Source: Candidatus Nomurabacteria bacterium RIFCSPLOWO2_01_FULL_42_17
GTDB lineage: Bacteria; Patescibacteriota; Minisyncoccia; Phycocordibacterales; UBA9973
Assembly (NCBI GenBank): GCA_001785985.1
Contig: MFVE01000008.1
Location: 8,751-72,750, forward strand
Direction: 5' to 3'
DNA: 64,000 bases
In this document: piece by piece, positions 28,326 through 37,477 of the stretch
Position numbering within the stretch: position 1 is the first letter of the stretch
Layout of the letters: each line of letters begins with the position of its first letter
Made by a program: the position numbers and the translations under genes
The notes under the pieces: generated by a model
Databases searched by the model: none
Seen by the model: the letters and a program-made list of their open reading frames with translations, nothing else
What the model was told of the DNA's origin: nothing

Positions 28326-29051
28326 ATGAACAAAAACAACTCGGGGGAGTATTGGGATTCCCGACTCACCCAAAGTCCGGAAAATCCATTCCCCTTAGCC
28401 CCTAAAGACTGGATTGAAAAAGTGATGGCTAAATGGAAATCTGGTAATGATGCAGAAAGGGGGAAGTATGAGAGAAAGTATCGGAAAGAAAATCGACGGT
28501 TCGGAAATTTCTGCCGCAAAAAGATGTTGGTCGAACTTAAAAACATGGATCCTGGCAGGATAAATGTTTTGGGTTTAGGCCTTCGAAGAGACATTGCGTG
28601 GACGGAAATGGCCGTTAGAATGGGGTTCGGAGTCAGTATCTGGGACATGAGTCGATTTGCGTGTGAAAACGCAAGGCGAGAGCTAATGATATTGATGAAC
28701 ATCACCCAAGTCGAGATAATGGCTGGTTGGAAATCCGGGGAAATCGATGAACAGGATGCAGTAGCATATTACGCCTGTCAATTCATCGAACACCAGGGTG
28801 ACGAATTACCAATGTTCATGCATCATTTGGGAGAATTTCTCCGGGTTCCTGGACGCAAAGTTTATTTAATCCTTCCACGTCTGGAAGACAATCCGTCCAA
28901 TAAAGTAAAATGGAACTCGGCTTCCCCACCTCTCGACCACCAATGGCAGAAACCGTTACTGGAAGGATTCGGGGGGCAACTCAATATTTATGTCTTAGGT
29001 AAGCATAAATATTTTAACCGGATGTATACATTTGTCCGGATCAGCATGTAG
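28326..29051 (+). CDS. Hypothetical protein, compositionally atypical (about 45% GC). Possible degenerate class-I SAM methyltransferase fold.
   Basis: 241 aa. INVLGLGLRRD resembles MTase motif I with the Gly-rich loop degenerated. DAVAYYACQFIEH and LRVPGRKVYLIL resemble motifs II and III. The terminator-like hairpin AGGGAG...CTCCCT plus T-run at 29064-29110 follows. Confidence 0.35.
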   Translation: MNKNNSGEYWDSRLTQSPENPFPLAPKDWIEKVMAKWKSGNDAERGKYERKYRKENRRFGNFCRKKMLVELKNMDPGRINVLGLGLRRDIAWTEMAVRMGFGVSIWDMSRFACENARRELMILMNITQVEIMAGWKSGEIDEQDAVAYYACQFIEHQGDELPMFMHHLGEFLRVPGRKVYLILPRLEDNPSNKVKWNSASPPLDHQWQKPLLEGFGGQLNIYVLGKHKYFNRMYTFVRISM

Positions 29052-29159
29052 AAAAAATCACTAGGGAGGGAACGAGGACAATCTCTTCTCTCCCTTTCTT
29101 TTTAAATTTAGTATAATCCCAGTAGTAGAGCAAAGCTCACTACAGGATAAATAAAAAAA

Positions 29160-30380
29160 ATGAAGCAAAAAATAAACACAATTTCAGAAAAAATTACTTT
29201 ACTGAATAAAACTATTCTTGACTCAATGGCGGAAAAAGACAAAGGTGCTATAGTCAAAAATTTTACTGAAAACAGCATCAAAATTTTAGGAGCTGATTTT
29301 GGCTTCGCTTGGTGGAAATTTAGCGACAGCGATGAATACAAATTGGCTTATAAAAGTCCTAGCACTCCCTACAATCCATTTTTACCAAGAAATAAAGCAA
29401 GCCATTACACGGCTATAAAAACTAGGAGACCTCTTTTTAAAAGCACGATAAAAAAAGAAGATTACGGATCATCTAATATTACTCCCTATATGAAAAGTTT
29501 TGTTATCATCCCCATTTATCATAAACAATATATTTATGGCAGCATCACATTGTGCTATAAAAAACAACACAATTTTACGGAGGAAGAAATTACTTTATCT
29601 CAAGCAATAGGACATACCACCGCTCAAGCTATCACTACCCATAGACTTCTCAAGACAGACGCTCTTCTTAGAGAAGAAAAATCCAAAACAGAGTTTATTG
29701 CAAACGCGACTCATGAGCTTCGCACTCCGCTGGCTGTCATGAAAGGCAACATAGATTTGGCGTTGATCGACAAGAAAAATTCAAAATTAGCGCATCAAGC
29801 TTTAGAAGCCGTAGACATCGAGATAGACATCCTATCTAATATCTTTAAAGATCTAGCCCTACTGACTTCTCCTAAAAATAGAAAAAATTTGATAAATCCA
29901 ATTGATATTAATATCACAAACTTGCTGGAAAAAACAATAAAAAGATTGGAAACCATAGCTGCAGAAAAAAATATAGAAATCAAAATAGAAACTCCGGAAA
30001 ACCCTAAGCATCAAAATATTTTTGTATTGGGAGATGAAGAATATTTAAATAAATTATTTCTCAATCTTATAACCAATGCCATTGCCTATGGCAAAAATGA
30101 CGGAAGTGTTTTTATCGGCATATCTAAAAACAAAGATTTTGTGAAAATAAAAATAGTAGATGACGGCATGGGCATATCAAAAGAAGATCTGCCGAAAATA
30201 TTTGACCGTTTTTATAGAGCGGACAAAGCTCATAATTCTTATGGCAATCATTCTGGGCTAGGACTCGCAATAGTAAAATGGATAACGGAAATACACGGGG
30301 GTATGATAAAAGTCCAGAGTATCCATGGTAAAGGTAGCATTTTCACCGTAACCCTACCGATCTCGTCACAGTTGAACTAG
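29160..30380 (+). CDS. Cytoplasmic sensor histidine kinase (N-terminal GAF-like domain, HisKA, HATPase_c)
   Basis: 406 aa with no TM segment. H-box HELRTPLAVMKGN, N-box NLITNAIAYGKNDGS, G1 DDGMGI, G2 GLGLAIV. Confidence 0.85.
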   Translation: MKQKINTISEKITLLNKTILDSMAEKDKGAIVKNFTENSIKILGADFGFAWWKFSDSDEYKLAYKSPSTPYNPFLPRNKASHYTAIKTRRPLFKSTIKKEDYGSSNITPYMKSFVIIPIYHKQYIYGSITLCYKKQHNFTEEEITLSQAIGHTTAQAITTHRLLKTDALLREEKSKTEFIANATHELRTPLAVMKGNIDLALIDKKNSKLAHQALEAVDIEIDILSNIFKDLALLTSPKNRKNLINPIDINITNLLEKTIKRLETIAAEKNIEIKIETPENPKHQNIFVLGDEEYLNKLFLNLITNAIAYGKNDGSVFIGISKNKDFVKIKIVDDGMGISKEDLPKIFDRFYRADKAHNSYGNHSGLGLAIVKWITEIHGGMIKVQSIHGKGSIFTVTLPISSQLN

Positions 30381-30589
30381 ACTTTTTGTGCATAAGTCTG
30401 TGGAAAAAGTTAATATAGATTTAATAATTGAAGTTATCCACATCTTATTCACAAAAAGATGCAAAAGAGCTAATTTTTGATATTGACAACAATATTCATA
30501 AAAAGTTAATATTAAAACTAGGTTAAGTTTTTTAAACAAACTAAATCTAAAAAGTCGATCAACATTAAAAAATTACGAAGAAATAAAAT

Positions 30590-30838
30590 ATGTTAAAAAA
30601 ATTTATGAAAATAAAGAAGGGGTCACAAAGTGTTCAAGAGAATAAATCTAAAAAAGAGTACGGCGTTTTAAAAATGTGCAGAAAATGTTATGCATTCCAA
30701 TACGAAAATGGATGGCATTTTGAAAAGCCTGCTCATTTACTAGAACGAGACCCAAACGAAGAAGTCACAGTGCAATTCAGCCAATGCTCTGCTTGCGTTG
30801 AAGAAGCTCTGGCTATGTATGATATGGAGTACGTTTAA
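30590..30838 (+). CDS. Small CxxC...CxxC zinc-ribbon protein, translationally coupled to the downstream alarmone synthetase. Candidate antitoxin or regulator.
   Basis: 82 aa with Cys pairs CRKC and CSAC. The stop at 30836-30838 is 1 nt before the ATG at 30840. Confidence 0.45.
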   Translation: MLKKFMKIKKGSQSVQENKSKKEYGVLKMCRKCYAFQYENGWHFEKPAHLLERDPNEEVTVQFSQCSACVEEALAMYDMEYV

Positions 30839-30839
30839 A

Positions 30840-31514
30840 ATGAATAAAACTACAGAAAGAATCCTAAAAGAATACGAAGCGAAAGCTGATTTATATAAAA
30901 AGTTTACCGATGCGATCCGTTTCCTCTTCGAGAACATACTAAAAAAGGGAGGCTATAAATATTATATTTATGCCCGCCTCAAACAGATAGAAAGCTTGGA
31001 AGAAAAAATTGAAAGAAAAAAGCTGAAAGGTAAAATATATAAAAGACTAGAAGATATAAAAGACATCGCCGGAATAAGGGTGATCTTTTATACTGAGAAG
31101 GATAGAAGAAAATTTATCTCAAAAATACAAAAAGAATTCAAAGACTCCCTAAAAATCAAAAAAACCCATAAAATATCAGGTTATCGAGCTGTTCATGCAA
31201 ATGTAGTCTTGGGAAAAGAAAGACTAAAATTAAGCGAATACGAAGCTTTTAAAGGATTAAAATGTGAAATACAACTTTGCCTCATTTTAGAGCACGCTTG
31301 GGCTGAAATCGAACATGATGTTCTATATAAAGAAAATATAAAATTGAGCGAATCCGATAAGGTTCATTATCTCCACATGAAAGACAGAATGCAAGGAATT
31401 ATGCAAAATTATATAAACAAGGCATCAGTCGAACTCGAGCGCGTTGTTTTGCAGTCTAAAAGAATAAAAAGAGATAGTGTGGGAAAATTAAAATCCGAGA
31501 TCCTCGTTCACTAA
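30840..31514 (+). CDS. RelA/SpoT-homologue small alarmone synthetase ((p)ppGpp-synthetase-type nucleotidyltransferase). Possible toxSAS.
   Basis: The ORF-track call begins at a TTG at 30798; the ATG at 30840 has a GGAG 10 nt upstream. Synthetase-domain motifs DIAGIRVIFY, GYRAVHANV and EIQLCLILEHAWAEIEHDVLYK are present. The usual RT of EIQIRT is replaced by CL. Confidence 0.75.
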   Translation: MNKTTERILKEYEAKADLYKKFTDAIRFLFENILKKGGYKYYIYARLKQIESLEEKIERKKLKGKIYKRLEDIKDIAGIRVIFYTEKDRRKFISKIQKEFKDSLKIKKTHKISGYRAVHANVVLGKERLKLSEYEAFKGLKCEIQLCLILEHAWAEIEHDVLYKENIKLSESDKVHYLHMKDRMQGIMQNYINKASVELERVVLQSKRIKRDSVGKLKSEILVH

Positions 31515-32105
31515 TATCATTCTGATTTTTCTGCCCATCATTTGATGCTCACCATTAAATGTTACGATCTTGTTGGGCGCGGTGCCGACGCCGTATTTTT
31601 CTTTCATATGCTTGTCTTCGAGTGGTATAACATAGTCATAGAGACGATTCATCGCATCCGGCAAAGTCGGAACAATTTTCTTGGTACTAACTACAAAAAT
31701 AAGATTTGGAGAGGTAAAGACTATGTGCGGTAATTGGCTCCCAGTATTCGATGCAATAATGAATTCACCTGTCTGCGCAAGAGCATGCACACTGCCTAGA
31801 TAATAATCTGAAAGAACGGCAAGCTTTCTAAGTTGCGCTTGCTTGACTGGATCTTTTTCCGCAATTATTCCTTCATGCAGATTGTTCCAGCCGTGCTTCC
31901 CTTCTTTAAGAAAATCCACGAAACCCAACTGCTCGAGCGTCACCGAAGCTCCATTCATGACCGATGCGCCTTTCGGAATGAGTTCTTTGATTTTTGCAAG
32001 TGCTTCCGATCCACTTTCCACCATAAATGCTTCCGTATTTCTCGCACTAAGAGCTTTAATAGTTTTATCTACGACTTCTTTTGTAGCTAATTGATCGTAT
32101 TTCAT
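31488..32105 (-). CDS. LUD-domain (LutC/YkgG-like, DUF162) protein
   Basis: 205 aa. Family-typical layout (ASNTGS...VVSTKKIVP) resembling lactate-utilisation LutC/YkgG. Confidence 0.6.
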   Translation of the reverse strand: MKYDQLATKEVVDKTIKALSARNTEAFMVESGSEALAKIKELIPKGASVMNGASVTLEQLGFVDFLKEGKHGWNNLHEGIIAEKDPVKQAQLRKLAVLSDYYLGSVHALAQTGEFIIASNTGSQLPHIVFTSPNLIFVVSTKKIVPTLPDAMNRLYDYVIPLEDKHMKEKYGVGTAPNKIVTFNGEHQMMGRKIRMILVNEDLGF

Positions 32106-32130
32106 ACTTTTATATTATATCAAGAATCAA

Positions 32131-32463
32131 TTAATTATTCGCATCTATTTTTGTCGCAACGATGAAGTCGTTTTCAGAGAGTCCGCCGATGGCGTGAGTG
32201 GAAAGTTCGAGAAGAACTTTATTGTAATGTATGTGAATATTTGGATGATGACCTTCTTCTTCAGCAATATCGGCGACACGCTCGACGAAATTTATCGCCC
32301 CGATAAAATCTTTAAATTTATATTCTTTGGAGATTTTTTTAGCCTCGCTGTCTAATGCCCAACCTGGAGTTTCATCTAAATAATTTTGCGCATCAGCCCT
32401 ACTGAAAGGCTTAATCCCCTTCCCTTCGCACGGTACGCACTTTTTCTTCAGTAAATCATTCAT
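32131..32463 (-). CDS. Pterin-4a-carbinolamine dehydratase (PCD/DCoH)
   Basis: 110 aa with the EEGHHPNIHIHYNKVLLELSTHA signature ([EDKH]-x3-H-[HN]-P-x5-V-x3-L-x-T-H). Confidence 0.8.
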   Translation of the reverse strand: MNDLLKKKCVPCEGKGIKPFSRADAQNYLDETPGWALDSEAKKISKEYKFKDFIGAINFVERVADIAEEEGHHPNIHIHYNKVLLELSTHAIGGLSENDFIVATKIDANN

Positions 32464-32469
32464 AAAAAA

Positions 32470-33705
32470 TTAAAGTTCATCTAAATTTAGAATATGCCCC
32501 ATTTTATTGCGCTTGGTAGTCAGATAAGAATGATTGTGTTTATTTGATTTTATTTCTATCGGAATATTTTCCACAATCTCTAGACCATACCCCGCCAGCC
32601 CCGCGCGCTTTTTTGGATTATTTGTCATAAGTCGCATTTTGGAAACACCCAAATCTCGCAGGATCTGCGCCCCGATACCATAATCTCGCTCATCCATTTT
32701 AAAACCAAGTTTTAGATTTGCATCCACAGTGTCAAAACCCTGCTCCTGAAGCTTGTATGATTTTAATTTATTTAAAAGACCTATTCCTCTGCCTTCTTGA
32801 TTCATATACACGATCACACCTTTACCTAAAGTATTTATCATCTCCATCGCCATGTGGAGCTGAGGTCCGCAATCGCAACGCAAAGAGCCAAAAATATCTC
32901 CAGTAATACAAGAAGAATGCACCCGCACCAAGATAGGCTCGTCTTTTTCCCATGTCCCTTTTACTAACGCCAAATGTTCTTCGCCTGTATCTTTGCGACT
33001 ATAAGCATATAAATCAAAATCGCCCCATTCAGCCGGCAATTTTACTTGTACTTCTCTTTTGATTAAAACTTCATTTTTTAATCTGAAAGATATTAGATCT
33101 CCAATACTGATAATTTTTAAATTAAATTTTTTCGCTATTTTGAATAATTCAGGCAGACGAGCCATCGTGCCATCTTTATTCATAATCTCGACGAGAACAC
33201 CAGCCGACCCCATGCCCGCCAAGCGCACCAGGTCAACCACTGCTTCTGTATGTCCGACTCTCCTTAAAACTCCGCCGTTCATCGCTTGAAGGGGAAAAAT
33301 ATGCCCTGGACGACCGAGGTCGTGAGGCTTTGTAGATGAATCGACTAAAGCTTGCACTGTCTTTGCTCTATCGTGAGCAGAGATGCCAGTCGTGCAACCA
33401 TGACCAAGCAAATCAACCGAAACAGTAAAAGAAGTAGAATGAAAAGAAGTATTTTTGGCAGCCATCATCGGGAGTTCAAGTTCTTTGGCTCTTTCTTCTG
33501 TGATGGGCGCGCAGACGAGTCCCCGTCCATGAATCGTCATAAAATTTATAATCTCAGGAGTCACATTTTGGGCGGAGGCAATAAAGTCTCCTTCGTTTTC
33601 CCGATTGGCATCATCCACCACGATCACAATTTTACCCGACTTGATATCTAATATAGCGTCTTCGATAGAATTTAATTTAAATTCAGTTTTTTTATTTTTT
33701 TTCAT
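32470..33705 (-). CDS. ribBA: Bifunctional 3,4-dihydroxy-2-butanone-4-phosphate synthase / GTP cyclohydrolase II
   Basis: 411 aa. DHBP synthase N-terminal half ([13 protein letters not shown]) and GCH-II C-terminal half (CDCG, EGRGIGL). Confidence 0.92.
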   Translation of the reverse strand: MKKNKKTEFKLNSIEDAILDIKSGKIVIVVDDANRENEGDFIASAQNVTPEIINFMTIHGRGLVCAPITEERAKELELPMMAAKNTSFHSTSFTVSVDLLGHGCTTGISAHDRAKTVQALVDSSTKPHDLGRPGHIFPLQAMNGGVLRRVGHTEAVVDLVRLAGMGSAGVLVEIMNKDGTMARLPELFKIAKKFNLKIISIGDLISFRLKNEVLIKREVQVKLPAEWGDFDLYAYSRKDTGEEHLALVKGTWEKDEPILVRVHSSCITGDIFGSLRCDCGPQLHMAMEMINTLGKGVIVYMNQEGRGIGLLNKLKSYKLQEQGFDTVDANLKLGFKMDERDYGIGAQILRDLGVSKMRLMTNNPKKRAGLAGYGLEIVENIPIEIKSNKHNHSYLTTKRNKMGHILNLDEL

Positions 33706-34172
33706 TTTAATAAAGCTAGTTCGAGAGCGGCTTCGGCCGCTTCGCCTCCGACATGGATCCTGACTTTTGCTTGTTCGAGATTGTTCATTGTTAATACACC
33801 AAAACCGACAGGAATATTGTCTTCAATCATTATCTTTAAAACTCCTTCTTGCGCCATTTTACAAACATAATCAAAGTGTGGAGTATCTCCACGAATAATG
33901 CACGCAATCGCTACTAGAAAATCATATTTTTTTGATTTTGCCAATTGGTGTAAAGCAAAAGGCATCTCCACTGCCCCAGCGACACGCACAATTTTAATAT
34001 TTTTCTCGCTGAGCTTAGATTCCTTTAGAGTTTTCAGAGCGTTCACTAAAAGCTCGTCTGTAATTTCAGAATTCCATCTAGCAACGACAATACCAGCTTT
34101 TAATTTGCTTCCATCAAAATATTTTTTATTCTTTGTTTTATTTTTTATTTGCATATTTAATAAGTATATCAA
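33702..34172 (-). CDS. ribH: 6,7-dimethyl-8-ribityllumazine synthase
   Basis: Lumazine-synthase fold ([14 protein letters not shown]). The start may be the internal Met at 34154. Confidence 0.88.
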   Translation of the reverse strand: MIYLLNMQIKNKTKNKKYFDGSKLKAGIVVARWNSEITDELLVNALKTLKESKLSEKNIKIVRVAGAVEMPFALHQLAKSKKYDFLVAIACIIRGDTPHFDYVCKMAQEGVLKIMIEDNIPVGFGVLTMNNLEQAKVRIHVGGEAAEAALELALLK

Positions 34173-34731
34173 ATTCTAAATTTAAAAAGTCACCCTTCTT
34201 TTTGAATTTTAAATTCGTATGTTTTAAAGTATATGGAATAATTTTCACAATAAAAGAATTACTGGAAACTTTAACAACAGTCAGACTAATCCCCTCCATT
34301 GTCACCGATCCCTTATAAACCAAAAATTTCTTGAAACTTTTAGCCGGTATTTTTATTTCAAACGCTTGTGAATTTCCTTCTTTTTTTATATTGAGAATTT
34401 CCCCTTTACCATCAATATGCCCAAGCACGATATGCCCACTTATCCTGTCGCCTAGACGCATTGATCGCTCGATATTTACTGTATCATTTTTCTTTAAAAA
34501 ACTTAAATTTGTGATCTTCAGAGTTTCTGGCATATATTCAAAATAAATATTTTTACCACCCCCGCCTTTGGATGGGGTAAATTTTTTAACAGTTGAACAA
34601 ACACCATTTACAGAAATACTTTCTCCAAGTTTTATTTTCCCTAAATTATTAGCAATTTTAACAAACAAACCATCTTTGGCTGATTTTACCTCGTTTATTT
34701 TTGAAGTTTTAGAAATTATTCCTGTGAACAT
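34138..34731 (-). CDS. ribE: Riboflavin synthase alpha chain
   Basis: 197 aa. MFTGII N-terminus and two Lum_binding repeats (SLTV... twice). Confidence 0.88.
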   Translation of the reverse strand: MFTGIISKTSKINEVKSAKDGLFVKIANNLGKIKLGESISVNGVCSTVKKFTPSKGGGGKNIYFEYMPETLKITNLSFLKKNDTVNIERSMRLGDRISGHIVLGHIDGKGEILNIKKEGNSQAFEIKIPAKSFKKFLVYKGSVTMEGISLTVVKVSSNSFIVKIIPYTLKHTNLKFKKKGDFLNLEFDILIKYANKK

Positions 34732-35054
34732 AACTGGATATCTTTTTTTATCTGAGCAATTAACTCTTCTTCTGTATTAAATTTTTGATACTCTCTCAAG
34801 AATTTTTTAGGGTGGAGAGTGACTTCTTTCCCGTATGCATCTTGACTATATCCTATCAAATGAGCTTCCACCTTTTCGGCTGGTCCTATCACAATGCCCG
34901 CGCAATATTTTTGATTTTCTAAAATTGCATCTCCAACATATACTCCGGCTTTGGGGAGCTCCTGATCATTTATTTCCAAATTCACTGTCGGAAATCCAAT
35001 CTTCCTGCCATATCCGTCGCCCTTCACTACCTTGCCTGAAATTGTGTATTGCAT
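34716..35054 (-). CDS. Riboflavin kinase domain protein (RibF C-terminal-type)
   Basis: 112 aa. G.GRKIGFPTVN and E.H flavokinase motifs. No FAD-synthetase domain is present. Confidence 0.75.
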   Translation of the reverse strand: MQYTISGKVVKGDGYGRKIGFPTVNLEINDQELPKAGVYVGDAILENQKYCAGIVIGPAEKVEAHLIGYSQDAYGKEVTLHPKKFLREYQKFNTEEELIAQIKKDIQLCSQE

Positions 35055-35062
35055 TTTAGAAT

Positions 35063-36397
35063 TTATTCCGAAAGTCTGCTATCAATCCGAGTCATATCTC
35101 TAGGAAAAGCAGTTGCCTCTTTTACGTTTTGAAGCTCAAGCATTCGAGCGGTAAAACGTTCTAGTCCAGTAGATGCTCCTCCATGGGGCGGCATGCCATA
35201 TTTAAAAATTTGGAGATAGTATGAGAACTTTTCTGGATCCATCCCTCTTTCTATAATACGTCTTACAAGATCTTCATAATTATGCATTCTCTGTGCACCA
35301 CTGTTTATTTCCAATCCACGAAACAGTAAGTCAAAACCACGAGATAAAGGTGCCTCACTTGGATCTTCATACGTATAAAAGGCGCGCTTTTTTGTGGGAA
35401 ATCTGGTAATAAATACAAAATCAGAATGAAGATTTTTCTTTACATATTCACAGAGTTGGCGTTCGTCTTCCGGAGACATATCATTCGTATCCTCGATCGT
35501 GCGATTAAATTCTTTAGAAACAAGAGCTTGCGCCTCGACTAAAGTAAATATTGGAATCTCCGCAGGAATTTCAGGCACAGTCGTATTGAAACGCGCAAAG
35601 ATATCTTTATGTAACTCTACCACTTTCGTTACTGTGTCGCGAATAGCATTCTCCAGAACTTTCATTGGCTCTCGTTCATTCTCAATGAAACCCATTTCAA
35701 AATCCATTTGAGTTATCTCACTCAAATGTCGCGTAGTCGCGCTTTTCTCTGCGCGAAAAACTTTAGCAATGGTATAGGAACGTTCAAATGGCCCGATCAT
35801 TATCTGTTTGTAAAATTGGGGACTAGTGGCGAGATATGCCTTATGATCTTTGAAATAATTTATAGAAAAAACAGCCGCCCCGCCCTCAGCATCTCCCCCA
35901 ACGATCCCGGGAGACATAAATTCTGTAAATCCCTGAGACCTTAGCGAAGAACGATACGCTTCAAGGATAGTTGATTGCATCATAAAAATATCTTTGGCTC
36001 GCTCAGTGCGAAGTGTATAGGGCAAATAATCTAAATACGTATCAAGATTCACTTCGGCACTTAGCTCAAATGGCAGATCTTCCGCTTGACTTAAAACTTC
36101 AATGTCCGTAACTTCTAGCTCTGTATCGCCGTTTAATACCCCTGCTTTTATATTTTTATCTGGGCGTTTGTTCACCATCCCCGTAATTTTGAGTACCCAC
36201 TCCGGTCTGATTGTTTTTGCCTTTTCTATCGCAGATGTCCGGCTGGGCAACGCCACGCATTGGACTTTGCCAGTCATATCACGCATATCAAAAAACACCA
36301 TTTTTCCTTGGTCGCGTCTGACATCCACCCATCCAGCGATGACAACTTCTTTACCTACATTATCTTTTAAATCCTTGATATATACTCGATCTTTCAT
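35063..36397 (-). CDS. Class IIb aminoacyl-tRNA synthetase (asparaginyl/aspartyl type)
   Basis: 444 aa. N-terminal OB anticodon-binding fold. Motif 2 FRAEKSATTRHLSE and motif 3 GGASTGLERF. AsnRS cannot be told from an archaeal-type AspRS by eye. Confidence 0.8.
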   Translation of the reverse strand: MKDRVYIKDLKDNVGKEVVIAGWVDVRRDQGKMVFFDMRDMTGKVQCVALPSRTSAIEKAKTIRPEWVLKITGMVNKRPDKNIKAGVLNGDTELEVTDIEVLSQAEDLPFELSAEVNLDTYLDYLPYTLRTERAKDIFMMQSTILEAYRSSLRSQGFTEFMSPGIVGGDAEGGAAVFSINYFKDHKAYLATSPQFYKQIMIGPFERSYTIAKVFRAEKSATTRHLSEITQMDFEMGFIENEREPMKVLENAIRDTVTKVVELHKDIFARFNTTVPEIPAEIPIFTLVEAQALVSKEFNRTIEDTNDMSPEDERQLCEYVKKNLHSDFVFITRFPTKKRAFYTYEDPSEAPLSRGFDLLFRGLEINSGAQRMHNYEDLVRRIIERGMDPEKFSYYLQIFKYGMPPHGGASTGLERFTARMLELQNVKEATAFPRDMTRIDSRLSE

Positions 36398-36437
36398 GAC
36401 AAAAACATTTTAACATAAATTAAAAAAGAAAAATAGG

Positions 36438-36490
36438 CTAAATAAAAATAAAAACCAGCAATATTTTCCTCCTTTCGAGTATTGCTGGTT
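36438..36490 (-). terminator. Bidirectional intrinsic terminator. Stem ACCAGCAATA / TATTGCTGGT, with T-runs on both strands.
   Basis: 10-bp perfect stem at 36454-36463 and 36480-36489. The minus strand is followed by TTTTTATTTTTATTT. Lies downstream of the 36521-36736 gene. Confidence 0.6.
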
Positions 36491-36520
36491 TTTGAAATGT
36501 TGATTTTTCAACAGACCCGA

Positions 36521-36736
36521 TCACCATCCCCATCCTACAGGCCTCCCTTCACGTCCCACCATGAGACCACGTATTTCACCACAATGGGCACATTTGAAAC
36601 AATCAGTCCGACCATTAGGGTTAAGAAGAGGGTCTAGATCTACTTGCACAATTTTCACTACATTTTGGCAGGTAATACACCATGCCCTTTTTGGAGGATT
36701 ATAGTCTCCACTTTGTTCATCTGAAGCACCCCACAT
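36521..36736 (-). CDS. Hypothetical small zinc-ribbon protein (CITC...CAHC), in a GC-richer segment
   Basis: 71 aa with two CxxC pairs. Local GC is above background. No recognisable family. Confidence 0.35.
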   Translation of the reverse strand: MWGASDEQSGDYNPPKRAWCITCQNVVKIVQVDLDPLLNPNGRTDCFKCAHCGEIRGLMVGREGRPVGWGW

Positions 36737-37086
36737 ATATAACCTTTCTTTTTACTATATTTTGAAATCACTTACATGGGTGGATTCCTGCACCTGAGAA
36801 TTTAAAGTTTTCACAAACTTTTTTTATTATCAAAGAACAAAAAGTGACGCTCATGCGCCACTTAATGGATTCCCTGTTTTAAATAGTTTAAAAAGAAATC
36901 AACAGAGTAGCGCAAAAGCAAATGCCTTTCCGCCCCACCAAGATTTCATTAATTTATTTATTTTAAATTGATTTTTCATATTTGTCTTCGTGCATCCTCC
37001 TATCCATGCACTAGTGCATGGTAGCATACTATAAAAAGTCTGCAACTACTAAAAATTACAGACTGTGGATAACTCTCCACTAAAGT

Positions 37087-37383
37087 TTATTTGCCTAATT
37101 TTTTCAAAACTAGATTGAAGCCGCCATTTTTATTGCGGAGCATGCGAGACCCACGGGTCACAGTGCTCATTCCAAGACCTAAATCCCCCACTACAGACCT
37201 GTGTGTTTCTCCTTTATTTAATTTTTTAACTATTTGCCAACGCAAAGACAGGGCTTCAAATTCATTAGGAGTAAGTATGTCTTTTAAAAATAAAGCCACT
37301 AATTCTTTACTACTATTAATTTTAGAAAAAATCTCCACCAGTTCCTGCTTGTATTCTGGAATTTTTTTACTGATGTGCTTCAT
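37087..37383 (-). CDS. TrpR-family (YerC/YecD-like) helix-turn-helix protein
   Basis: 98 aa. TPNEFEALSLRWQIVKKL...GMSTVTRGSR matches the Trp_repressor family HTH. Confidence 0.7.
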   Translation of the reverse strand: MKHISKKIPEYKQELVEIFSKINSSKELVALFLKDILTPNEFEALSLRWQIVKKLNKGETHRSVVGDLGLGMSTVTRGSRMLRNKNGGFNLVLKKLGK

Positions 37384-37477
37384 ACTTGATGAGATCTTTA
37401 ATAAAAGGTATCAAACCTTTTGATACGACGTCGACTCGGACATTGTGAACGAGGGGTACTCGTTCACATGCTCCTCG

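Noticed and set aside
30381-30589. Possible oriC, based on a TTATCCACA DnaA box at 30435-30443, a near-box at 30401, and repeated AAAGTTAATAT
   Set aside because: Only one perfect box, no dnaA or dnaN nearby, and no AT-rich DUE with 13-mer repeats. It is more likely the promoter region of the zinc-ribbon and SAS operon.
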